A DNA stretch of 62,986 nucleotides, counting the filler, from Octopus bimaculoides (lineage: Eukaryota): assembly GCF_001194135.2 (NCBI RefSeq). It is 6 parts of 5 records of this genome, joined end to end, with 100 filler letters (N's around TTAATTAATTAA, not from the genome) between each part and the next. Parts side by side here need not be neighbours in the genome. Positions count along the whole stretch, not along the records: positions 36,422 to 50,499 come from NC_068993.1; positions 50,600 to 55,622 come from NC_068990.1; 4 more parts are not named here. One strand, given 5' to 3'. The translations under genes were made by a program, and so were the position numbers. Within the stretch, counting starts at the first letter, position 1; every line of letters begins with the position of its first letter. Under the pieces are notes generated by a model. The model did no database searches. It was not told the origin of the DNA and saw only the letters and a program-made list of their open reading frames with translations. Of this stretch, positions 39,262 through 51,319 are shown in pieces.

Positions 39262-39900
39262 TCTAACAGTCACTTCTTTTATAAAGTCTCGTGTTTCATT
39301 ACAGTGGCGACTTCCTGTCCTGTGGTGAGTCCCGTTAAAAGCCTGATATTCCTCGTCACTGGTAACTTCAGTTAATGTCTCGTATTTATTTTCAGTGGCG
39401 ACTTCCTGTCCCGTGGTGAGCTCCTTTAAAAGTGTTATATCCCTCTCCAGTGGCATCTTCATTTACAGTCTCGTATTTCGCTTCAGTGGTGATTTCCTGT
39501 NNNNNNNNNNNNNNNNNNNNNNNNNNNNNNNNNCCCTCTCCAGTGGCATCTTCATTTACAGTCTCGTATTTCGCTTCAGTGGTGATTTCCTGTCCCGTGG
39601 TGAGCTCCTTTAAAAGTGTTATATTCCTCTCCAGTGGCATCTTCATTTACAGTCTCGTATTTCGCTTCAGTGGTGATTTCCTGGTCCGTGGTGAGCTCCT
39701 TTAAAAAGTGCTATATTCTTCTCCAGTGGCATGTTAATTCAAAGATTGGTATTTCTTCTTCAATGGCAACTTTCCGTCCAGTGGCGAACTCCTTTAAAAG
39801 CATTATATTCTTCTCCAATATGAAATTATACTCCCAACCCTGTACAAGTGGCGAGTTTCGTTTCTAGTGATTAGCTCCTTTCCAGTAGCAAGTTCTTTCC
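39262..39900. repeat. 91-bp minisatellite with diverged flanking units
   Basis: Unit ccctctccagtggcatc...aagtgttatat recurs at 39534 and 39625 (period 91); central units near-identical, outer units decayed; one gap inside. Confidence 0.9.
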
Positions 39901-40267
39901 CTGCGACGAATTCAATCCAGCCCCTGTCATATGAAACAGTCCATACGTAACGTGGTTCCATCAACATCTACGACTGTGAAAAATCAAACACATCGTTCTA
40001 CAGGTTTATCAAAGTCTGTCTGTGACCCGATACCGATTCTATGTCTTTCTGGAAACATCTTGAAACTGTTATTCTTTTGTCCAGTTCCATTTAAAGAAAT
40101 CTGAGACTGTTGCGTGTCTCCTAACCATCCCGCCCCCTCATCATCAGCAATATTAATTTCTTCTTCTTCTTCTTCTTCTTCTTCTTCTTCTTCTTCTTCT
40201 TCTTCTTCTTCTTCTTCTTCTTCTTCTTCTTCTTCTTCTTCTTCTTCTTCGTCGTCGTCGTCGTCGT

Positions 40268-40318
<51 letters not shown>

Positions 40319-40346
40319 TTCTTCTTTCCTATACATTTTCTTGGTC

Positions 40347-40378
<32 letters not shown>

Positions 40379-40791
40379 TTTTTCTTTCTTCTTCCCTTCC
40401 TTTCTTAAATCTATTATGATCATTTTTTCTTTTCTCCTCTATGAATCATCGTCTTTCATTTAAACTTTAGTTTCAGTAATTTCTTTCCAATTCCTCACAC
40501 TTTTCCTCTTTCTCCCCCTCCCTTTATTACACTTTTTACATTTGCTATAATCCTTCAACAACCCACATTCACCTTCCTTCACATGTCACACCTTTTTACT
40601 TCCGGTTAACGCCACTTTCCAAAGCTATTTCAATTTCAAATTCGTTCTTACAAATTCTCTTTGCCACTCCCACAGGAAAAGCTATCACCTCTTATCACCC
40701 TACCACTCCCCATGTCATTTCACTTCCCTCTTTGTCTTTTAATCTCTCAAACACACACAAGTTTCCCCCTCACTCATATCACACACACTCA

Positions 40792-40864
<73 letters not shown>

Positions 40865-41243
40865 CAATTGGTTTATATTTTCCTTCCTGTGGTGGGAAAA
40901 TGTCCTTTGATCCTTAGATAGCATTAGTGGAGATTTCTCCCATTTCACCTTCTGTCTCTCCTTTTCTCACATTCCATCTTTCTCCATCTCTCATTTTTAT
41001 ATTCTTCCTAACTCTACCATACACCACACAAGTTCGCAGACGCAAGCATTTAGCTGCGTCCCACTTATGTTAGGCTAACAAACTACGATTTAATAATTGC
41101 GAAATGAGTGGCATGAAACCATTAGTATCGTACAAACAGTGTTTAACTATATAAAAAAACTACAGACATGTGTGTGTGTGAGAGAGAGAGAGAGTGTGTG
41201 TGAGTGAGTGAGTGAGTGTGTGTGTGTGTGTGTGAGTGTGTGT

Positions 41244-41286
<43 letters not shown>

Positions 41287-44200
41287 TGTGTGTGTGTATC
41301 TAAATATTACATAAACAAACTCTCCTGTTTCGTTTCGCTTCTCTATAAGTAGACTCAAGCTCAAAACGCCAAGGGGAGAAAAAGAAGAGGATCCGATGTT
41401 TCGAGCAAAACATTTTATCAAAAAGGGGAAAAAACGCTACGGGAATTCACCATCATTCGAAATATTCTTCTTGGGAACGTAAAACAGTGAACCAAGAGGG
41501 TCGTCTTCCACTCCTTGAAATCTGTATGGAAATCCCTCTCTTGAAGCCGTCGAATATAATTTGCGATACCTTTAAAATTTCATGAACCGTTTCTCAACTT
41601 TATTTCAGCTTGGATTACACAGAAAAGCTACAGATATCAGATCAACCTTAGCAGTAGTGTGCCCCTGGGTAAATCAATGCATTGACTCTATAGTATTTAT
41701 TTATTAACAGCAAGCCACGACATGAATAAGTCTTAATTGGCCCAAAGTCCGCGGGCCCGCGGGGCCCGTGGCCAATTGTCCAGTGTGCATATGCTTTAAG
41801 TATCTGAAAAACTCGCTGTAGAAATAAGAAATTCGTCAAAACTGGAGAGCAGAACAAAGCCTCCCTGAACACCTTAACATCGAAGAGTAAAGCAACAACA
41901 ACAACAACAACAATGATTCAACACTGACTTTTTTGACATCTCACGTTTTAATATTTCTCTCGTTCTCGCTCCACCCCGCTCTCTCTACCTGTATATGTAT
42001 ATTTCTGCTGCCGTGTTTTTGTGTGAGCGCGTCCATGCGTGTGTACGTAAATGTGTATGTGTATGACAGAAAGAGAGAGGAAAAGAGAGTGTGTATGAGA
42101 GTGAGAGGTGTTTGCCTACAGCTCTAAATCGCGCTGTCGCCACAATAGGTCTTATGTCCAGTCAGCCGTGTCAAATCATCGTCGTCTAAACACCCGCGCC
42201 CAGATGTCTCACTCGTGCCTCACAGGGTACAAAACACATATCATGACGTCACACTTTTCGATCGAATGTCATAATCTGGGGAAAGGGGACGAACTTCCAA
42301 GAAACACGATCTTTTAAAAAAATCTCCTGGCAGGTTCCATTACTGATTGCAGTCAGGGAGAGAAAAATTAATGGAATATTTAGCGACGTTCCCCATGGAT
42401 TGCTTCCCGAATTCTCCAACTTGCTTTCGTATGTGTTTTGCAAATTATTGGTCGTCTGGATCATTCGTCATCGAACGACCTTGAAACGGGCGTGCCACTC
42501 AAATGCATGTGTTCAATCTACAAGGAATTCTGAGAGCGTCGGTATGAGATCTACTGACCTTCATGCAAAATTTGACGAAGACACGTGGAGCAGTCGACAG
42601 TCATAGCACGTGCAGCACGGAAACTCTGATAACACTCGCATAATATGCATGCATATATAACATACATACCTACATACATGCATACATACATACGTACATA
42701 CATGCATACATACATACATACATACATACATACATACATACATACGTATATATATATATTGTATAAATACATAAATACAGGATACAAACGTACATAACTG
42801 CATGCTTACATACATAAATACATACAAATTGTTGGTAGGGACACTGTATTTCGTTATGCAACCATAATTTGCGCATGTGCATAGATGTGCATGTATATAT
42901 TTATATGCACGTATAGAAATACACATGCACTCACGCACACTCGCATGCAAACATGTATATGCATACTTATAAATACTACCACGTGTTTGTGAAAANNNNN
43001 NNNNNNNNNNNNNNNNNNNNNNNNNNNNNNNNNNNNNNNNNNNNNNNNNNNNNNNNNNNNNNNNNNNNNNNNNNNNNNNNNNNNNNNNNNNNNNNNNNNN
43101 NNNNNNNNNNNNNNNNNNNNNNNNNNNNNNNNNNNNNNNNNNNNNNNNNNNNNNNNNNNNNNNNNNNNNNNNNNNNNNNNNNNNNNNNNNNNNNNNNNNN
43201 NNNNNNNNNNNNNNNNNNNNNNNNNNNNNNNNNNNNNNNNNNNNNNNNNNNNNNNNNNNNNNNNNNNNNNNNNNNNNNNNNNNNNNNNNNNNNNNNNNNN
43301 NNNNNNNNNNNNNNNNNNNNNNNNNNNNNNNNNNNNNNNNNNNNNNNNNNNNNNNNNNNNNNNNNNNNNNNNNNNNNNNNNNNNNNNNNNNNNNNNNNNN
43401 NNNNNNNNNNNNNNNNNNNNNNACTGTTGTGTCTGGGGAGAGTCATTCTCTTTTGGTGCCTTATTATTTAACACACTCAGAATATGCTTCAACACACGAA
43501 CTCACATAACTACACTCACACACACACACATATATATTCATATATATATATATATATATATATAGTGAGAATTTACGAAAAGACGAAGACGTGTGTGTAA
43601 ACACTAGACAGATATATTAGTTTAACGCTCGGGAAGTGAGAAAGGCTTTTTCGTTTCGAGCCTACGCTCTTCGACAGAAAGGAACACGGAAATAAACAGG
43701 GAGAGAAAAAAAAAAGGGTTTCGTGGCTAGTGATCTATCATATAAAGTGATTATTTGGACTTTGGGAAGACGGTTAGTAATATGCTGATTAAAGCACTTT
43801 CACCATTCGGGCTACCTGATGGTATCTACAATTGCGATATAATTGTCACTGGATCTACGTCAGGAAATCTGCAGTGTTCGTTGAGTTCATAAGGAATGAG
43901 GAAAGTGGAAAATGGAGTTAACAAGAATCTTTATTCAACAGAACGATCATTTCGATCCCGTAGGGGGCAGTTGCGGGATAGGTCGGAACGATCGTTGTGT
44001 TGAATGAAGACTCTTNNNNNNNNNNGTATGTATGTATGTATGTATGTATGTGTGTGTGTGTGTGTGCGTGTGTATGTGTTGGTGCAAACAGGTAAAATGG
44101 AACTCAAAATATGAGTATATGTAATATTTTTATCAATATTTAGCAGAAGCAACAGAATGACACAATGTCCGAGAGTTCCGTGTGCTGGCACTTATATCAA

Positions 44201-45249
44201 CACATGAAACTCTCGAACCTTGAATCACTCTGTTGCTTATGCTATANNNNNNNNNNNNNNNNNNNNNNNNNNNNNNNNNNNNNNNNNNNNNNNNNNNNNN
44301 NNNNNNNNNNNNNNNNNNNNNNNNNNNNNNNNNNNNNNNNNNNNNNNNNNNNNNNNNNNNNNNNNNNNNNNNNNNNNNNNNNNNNNNNNNNNNNNNNNNN
44401 NNNNNNNNNNNNNNNNNNNNNNNNNNNNNNNNNNNNNNNNNNNNNNNNNNNNNNNNNNNNNNNNNNNNNNNNNNNNNNNNNNNNNNNNNNNNNNNNNNNN
44501 NNNNNNNNNNNNNNNNNNNNNNNNNNNNNNNNNNNNNNNNNNNNNNNNNNNNNNNNNNNNNNNNNNNNNNNNNNNNNNNNNNNNNNNNNNNNNNNNNNNN
44601 NNNNNNNNNNNNNNNNNNNNNNNNNNNNNNNNNNNNNNNNNNNNNNNNNNNNNNNNNNNNNNNNNNNNNNNNNNNNNNNNNNNNNNNNNNNNNNNNNNNN
44701 NNNNNNNNNNNNNNNNNNNNNNNNNNNNNNNNNNNNNNNNNNNNNNNNNNNNNNNNNNNNNNNNNNNNNNNNNNNNNNNNNNNNNNNNNNNNNNNNNNNN
44801 NNNNNNNNNNNNNNNNNNNNNNNNNNNNNNNNNNNNNNNNNNNNNNNNNNNNNNNNNNNNNNNNNNNNNNNNNNNNNNNNNNNNNNNNNNNNNNNNNNNN
44901 NNNNNNNNNNNNNNNNNNNNNNNNNNNNNNNNNNNNNNNNNNNNNNNNNNNNNNNNNNNNNNNNNNNNNNNNNNNNNNNNNNNNNNNNNNNNNNNNNNNN
45001 NNNNNNNNNNNNNNNNNNNNNNNNNNNNNNNNNNNNNNNNNNNNNNNNNNNNNNNNNNNNNNNNNNNNNNNNNNNNNNNNNNNNNNNNNNNNNNNNNNNN
45101 NNNNNNNNNNNNNNNNNNNNNNNNNNNNNNNNNNNNNNNNNNNNNNNNNNNNNNNNNNNNNNNNNNNNNNNNNNNNNNNNNNNNNNNNNNNNNNNNNNNN
45201 NNNNNNNNNNNNNNNNNNNNNNNNNNNNNNNNNNNNNNNNNTATTTCCT

Positions 45250-45462
45250 ATAATCTTTTCTACTCTAGGCAAGAGACATGGAAATTCTGGGGGAGGGGGG
45301 CCAGTCGATTAGATCGACTCCAGTACGCAACTGGTACTTAATTTATCGACCCCGAAAAGATGAAAGGCAGAGTCGATCTCGGCGGAATTTGAGCTCAGAA
45401 CGTAAAGACAGACGAAATACTGCTCAGCATTTCGCCCGGCGTGCTAACGTTTCTGCCAGCTC
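45250..45462 (-). mobile_element. SINE family B
   Basis: Reverse complement of the consensus. Further family B pieces at ~2185-2373(-), 27140-27296(-), 36612-36775(-), 49997-50157(+), 52660-52760(+), 57180-57320(-). Confidence 0.85.
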
Positions 45463-45839
45463 AAATCTTTGTTGGTTCACCAGAAGCGATAAATTACAGG
45501 ACTCAATAAACGTGTAGCGTATTCATTAATACTTTATAACTGAAAGGATCCAATTTTCAGTGCTCGGAGTTCCTCGTTTCCAATCTTCACATGGTAAACA
45601 GTATCTGGTTTTCTTTAGCAATTTTATAATATATATACATATATTATAATATATATACATATATTATAATATATATACGCAGGCGAAACCGAGTATATAT
45701 TATGTCGGACTAACGATTAAGGATTAACCAAGAGATATAAGTGTATGTGTGTGTATACATATATATGTGTGCGTATATATATGTGCTTGTGTATGTATTT
45801 ACACTCAGTCTAATATATGCATATACCTATACATGTGCA

Positions 45840-45891
<52 letters not shown>

Positions 45892-45892
45892 C

Positions 45893-45923
<31 letters not shown>

Positions 45924-46048
45924 CATGCATGTACTCTTTACTCTTTTGCTCTTTTACCTGTTTCAGTCATTTGACTGCGGCCATGCTGGAGCACCGCCTT
46001 TTAGTCGAGCAAATCGACCCCAGGACTTATTCTTTGTAAGCCTAGTAT

Positions 46049-46095
<47 letters not shown>

Positions 46096-47279
46096 NNNNN
46101 NNNNNNNNNNNNNNNNNNNNNNNNNNNNNNNNNNNNNNNNNNNNNNNNNNNNNNNNNNNNNNNNNNNNNNNNNNNNNNNNNNNNNNNNNNNNNNNNNNNN
46201 NNNNNNNNNNNNNNNNNNNNNNNNNNNNNNNNNNNNNNNNNNNNNNNNNNNNNNNNNNNNNNNNNNNNNNNNNNNNNNNNNNNNNNNNNNNNNNNNNNNN
46301 NNNNNNNNNNNNNNNNNNNNNNNNNNNNNNNNNNNNNNNNNNNNNNNNNNNNNNNNNNNNNNNNNNNNNNNNNNNNNNNNNNNNNNNNNNNNNNNNNNNN
46401 NNNNNNNNNNNNNNNNNNNNNNNNNNNNNNNNNNNNNNNNNNNNNNNNNNNNNNNNNNNNNNNNNNNNNNNNNNNNNNNNNNNNNNNNNNNNNNNNNNNN
46501 NNNNNNNNNNNNNNNNNNNNNNNNNNNNNNNNNNNNNNNNNNNNNNNNNNNNNNNNNNNNNNNNNNNNNNNNNNNNNNNNNNNNNNNNNNNNNNNNNNNN
46601 NNNNNNNNNNNNNNNNNNNNNNNNNNNNNNNNNNNNNNNNNNNNNNNNNNNNNNNNNNNNNNNNNNNNNNNNNNNNNNNNNNNNNNNNNNNNNNNNNNNN
46701 NNNNNNNNNNNNNNNNNNNNNNNNNNNNNNNNNNNNNNNNNNNNNNNNNNNNNNNNNNNNNNNNNNNNNNNNNNNNNNNNNNNNNNNNNNNNNNNNNNNN
46801 NNNNNNNNNNNNNNNNNNNNNNNNNNNNNNNNNNNNNNNNNNNNNNNNNNNNNNNNNNNNNNNNNNNNNNNNNNNNNNNNNNNNNNNNNNNNNNNNNNNN
46901 NNNNNNNNNNNNNNNNNNNNNNNNNNNNNNNNNNNNNNNNNNNNNNNNNNNNNNNNNNNNNNNNNNNNNNNNNNNNNNNNNNNNNNNNNNNNNNNNNNNN
47001 NNNNNNNNNNNNNCCACCACCACCACCACCACCGCCAAGCCTCATCACTTGTACTTGTCTTCTTATAGCTCCTTTCGCCCTCTGTTTCATATAATATTTC
47101 TCGCAGTGAAATTGGTCAATTTTATGCTCGATTAGACACAATAGTAAGGGGAGATAATCGAATTACATCGTCAATATTAATTGATCCCCGGATAAACAGT
47201 CCGACATGTTAGGCGGAAATCGACATCGCCATACACTGGTAACATCACTCCCTCTTACATACATACATGCATACATACA

Positions 47280-47334
<55 letters not shown>

Positions 47335-47869
47335 ATATATATATATATATATATATACATGCACCTACACATATATACAATTATGCACACATGCAAATAC
47401 GTGAACGCACGCACACACGTGCACAACACACACAGGCGCAGAAAAACGCGTCCATACGCGCGCACACGCACACACACACACATATATATACATGTGTATG
47501 TATATGTATATGCTTATATATATGCGTGTGTGTAAATATATGTGTATGTGTGTGTATATATGTATGTATATATATATATGTATACTTGTTAATATGTGTG
47601 GTGAGGTGCGCGGTTGGAATCTGTGTATGTGTGTGGTGTATAACTACGTTTAAGTATTTATATTTACAAGTAAAAGGTTGAGAGTGACTTCGAAGTTTCG
47701 GCTTACTATATTCATATATAGCTTTACAATAAAGCTAAGTTATATTATATGTATGTGTGTGCGTGTGTGCATGTGTGTGTTGATATATATATACACGCAC
47801 ACACACATACATGTATATTTATATACACATCCATTCATACCATGTATAATATATACATACACACACATA

Positions 47870-48640
47870 CTAGCAGAGTTGCTCGGCATTAAAATCGCAT
47901 AGTTTGTATATATATTACGGATATGTTGAAACAAGTGATATGGAAAAGTGCAGCATTGACGACAAAACATTTGTGGAGTAAATGATGGGCTAATTCGACT
48001 AAGCGACATGTAATACGTCTGTTTGGAGTATTACAGGCCCTAACCTGTCATGGAAAATTGGGGATGGCGGGTATGGGATTTTTGAACACACCGCAAAGCT
48101 GTCTGGATATACTCTCCTTTGCGGCGGTCGGCGCATCGTTTGAAGTTTTGACACCTCCTTCGAGTTTGTTGTCCTATAACACTCATAAAGTAAATTTGGA
48201 GGAACTGTGGTTGTTCATTTGTGGGTAACTGGGAAGCAATGAGGTGATAATCTTTGAACGTCGGCATAAATCCACGTGCATCTTTAGATGCACCAAACGA
48301 TGTCATTTGAAATGCAGAATTACATTGTCTCATATTGTTCAGAAAATCTTTTAACTGGATGGAGGTGCTTTCCAGAAGATCCATAAGAAGTTGAGGAGGA
48401 GCTGGCAGTGCTGACAATCTTACCTTACCGCCTGAGCAGCACATGCCATTAGTTTCATTTGGAAATTTTAAAGCTTTGCAGAAGCGACAATTTGAGTTTA
48501 GCACATCAGTTTGGACAAACTTATCATTTGTATAAGAATGGAATGGATCATATCTGAGAGCAGCTCCAGGAGTTGTGAAAAACGAATTTATACGTCGTCT
48601 GCTTCTGAGAACTGTTCTTTTGGCCCTCTGCCTAATCATT
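47870..48640 (-). mobile_element. Helitron RepHel N-terminal fragment joined to a CTAG 3' terminus
   Basis: ORF 48040-48639: CRFCKALKFPNETNGMCCSGGKV, NSAFQMTSFG, PTFK(..)YH, QFLQIYF; minus strand ends ...gagcaactctgCTAG|t at 47870. Confidence 0.85.
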
Positions 48641-48676
48641 AAAACATTGTTTTAATGATTCAGCATTAAGTGCTTG

Positions 48677-49632
48677 GAAAGTAATGTAATAAAACATTAC
48701 GGAGGCTATATTATGAATAATTAAGATTATTTATGAATATATCAATGGCCAAACATGTCATCATAAAAAAAACATTGAAGAACGTTTATAATCATGAACA
48801 AGTCACAATTATAATTAAGAGGGTTTCAAAACCCTTACATGTTAAAAATAGCAGCCAAAACCGCTATAAAGCCATTATATCACTCATATCATTTCTCTTC
48901 ACAATAAAAAAATATCTGCGGGTGACATGACAAAGAGAATCCACAATTTTAAAATATCTGGTTAATTCCCTATTGCAATTTCGATGTTAGGGACCTCTTA
49001 AGGGACACATTGATATATTCATAAATAAGCTTAATTATTTATAATATATCCTCTATAATGTTTTATTACATTACTTTCTAATTATTTAATTTTTCCCAAC
49101 TCATATCCAGTGATTTTGCCGTGGTTCGAATTTATCATTTTTTTCACATAAACGCTGTGCATGGCATTTGAATTAAAAACTTAAATGTGAAAATAAAGGT
49201 TGAAACATTTCTCTTGGCAGTCGGGATTCATGCTAGCCCCAAGGTAATGTCTTGTTTTGGTTTCTATCTATAGGAATATTTCCCATGACGAGACGAATGG
49301 GTCCCTTAAAAATCCCTAAAGTCGAAATTGCAAAAGGGAATTCGCCAGTTATTTATTTTTAGGTTGACGATCCTATTTGCCATGTCACCCGCAGACAGTT
49401 TTTATTGTGAAGAGAAATAATATGAGTGATAAAATGGCTTTATAGCGGTTTTGGCTGCTATTTTTAGCATGTAAGGACTTTGAAGCCCTCTTAGTTATAA
49501 TTGTGACTTGTTCATAAACATAAACGTTCTTCTTCTATGTATTTTATGATAACATGTTGGCCATTGATATATTCATAAATAATCTTAATTATTTATAACA
49601 TAGCCTCCGTAATGTTTTATTACATTACTTTC
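48677..49632. repeat. Foldback structure: ~257-bp inverted repeats plus an internal partial third copy
   Basis: 48677-48934 matches the reverse complement of 49376-49632; 49008-49083 repeats the distal part of the right arm. Confidence 0.85.
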
Positions 49633-49660
49633 TAATTTTATATATANNNNNNNNNNNNNN

Positions 49661-49691
<31 letters not shown>

Positions 49692-50141
49692 GTATATGTT
49701 GTATTTGGGGATGGTCATGTTGCCAGTTTAGGTCTTTCTTTTTCTTTTTACGTCCTCGTAATTTAGCAGATGGGCAAAAGAGAAGGATAAAACAAGTGCC
49801 TGGCTTAAATTTAAGTCCTAGGGTCGATTTATTCGACCCTAAGACTTAAACCCTCAAGTGAATGCCCAAGCATGGCGGCAGTCTAATTACTAAAACAAGT
49901 AAAATGTTAAAGATACTATTGTTGGACCCACTTTTCTTCGTGTCATTCTGTAATGGCTCCATATTTATTATCTTTCGGACTAGAGAGAAGAAATTTCTTT
50001 TTGAGTTCAAATTTCGTCGAGGTCGACCTTGCTTTTTATCATTTCGGGGTCGATAAATTAAGTACCAGTGAAACACTGGTGTCGATGTAATAGACTTACC
50101 CTCTACTCTGAACTTGCTATGCTTGTGCCAAAACTTGAAAC

Positions 50142-50499
50142 TATTATTATTATTATTCAGTAGTTTTATTTTTATAACGTGCTTTCACTTCACTACCGAG
50201 CGCAGCTCTGTGCGCCTTGGGTATGTGCTGTGGTTTGCTGTGGTGCTCTTATGTTTACTGTATTGAAAGTGTTTTGCGTAGAATGTGTGCAGTACCCAGT
50301 AGTGCAATTTTCTGTATGTTATATATATTTGTAAGTCCTGGTGTTTTTGTTATGTATTTGTCTGAATATTTTTTTATTATACCTAAGGCACCTACTATGA
50401 TAGGAATTGTTTCTGTTTTTAGATTCCACATTCGAGTTATCTCTATTTCCAGGTCTTTGTATTTTGAAAGTTTTTCCATTTCTTTTAGAGAAACGTTGT
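50142..50499 (-). mobile_element. R4/Dong-like LINE 3' end with (TAA)n tail
   Basis: ORF 50255-50479 KYKDLEIEITRMWNLKTETIPIIVGALG...IQKIALLGTAHILRKTL*, 3' UTR with AATAAA, ending in (AAT)5. Confidence 0.85.
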
Positions 50500-51280
50500 N
50501 NNNNNNNNNNNNNNNNNNNNNNNNNNNNNNNNNNNNNNNNNNNTTAATTAATTAANNNNNNNNNNNNNNNNNNNNNNNNNNNNNNNNNNNNNNNNNNNNT
50601 ATATATATATATATATATATATATGTGTATATATATACATATGTACATATATATGTGCACACATAAAGATATAAATAGAGAGAAACGCAGTCATATACAC
50701 ATTTACACACGCACATACACTGTCACACATTTACACGTACACACACCCTCCCAAATATATATAAGAAGTCAGAGCTACACACACATATATATATGGTTAG
50801 CGTGTATATAAAATCACTCACATATTGAAAATCAAATGGATATAAACAGATTTATGGATGTGTATACTTGCATACATACGTACATACAAACCCACACATA
50901 TATACACGCATACACATTTTTATGCACTTTGAAGCACAATCCTTAAATAGAAAGTAGTACAGTAATAGAATATTGTTACTTACAATGTACATAAATAAAG
51001 ATAGAAAAACGTACATAGATATATATAAAAGACTAAAACAATTTTACAACTCCTATTAGCGAATGAAACATGTGTAATGGTGAATAAATAATACAGAAAG
51101 CCTTTCTAATCTCTTGTCATTAGACTGCGCTAATGCTGGAACACCGACTCGAGGAATTTGTAGTTGAATGAATTAACTCCTGTACTTTTTTTTAAAGCCT
51201 TGTACTTATTCTATCGCTCTCTTTTGCCGAACTGCTAAGTTACAGGGACGTAACCACATCAACGCCGGTAATATACATAT

Positions 51281-51319
<39 letters not shown>

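Noticed and set aside
39262-39900. Regular repeat arrays as possible CRISPR (also 61375-62986)
   Set aside because: No unique spacers, no cas genes, eukaryotic context; these are contiguous tandem repeats.
41749-41762. 14-bp GC palindrome ccgcgggcccgcgg
   Set aside because: Probably part of a small DNA-transposon remnant; too short to interpret.
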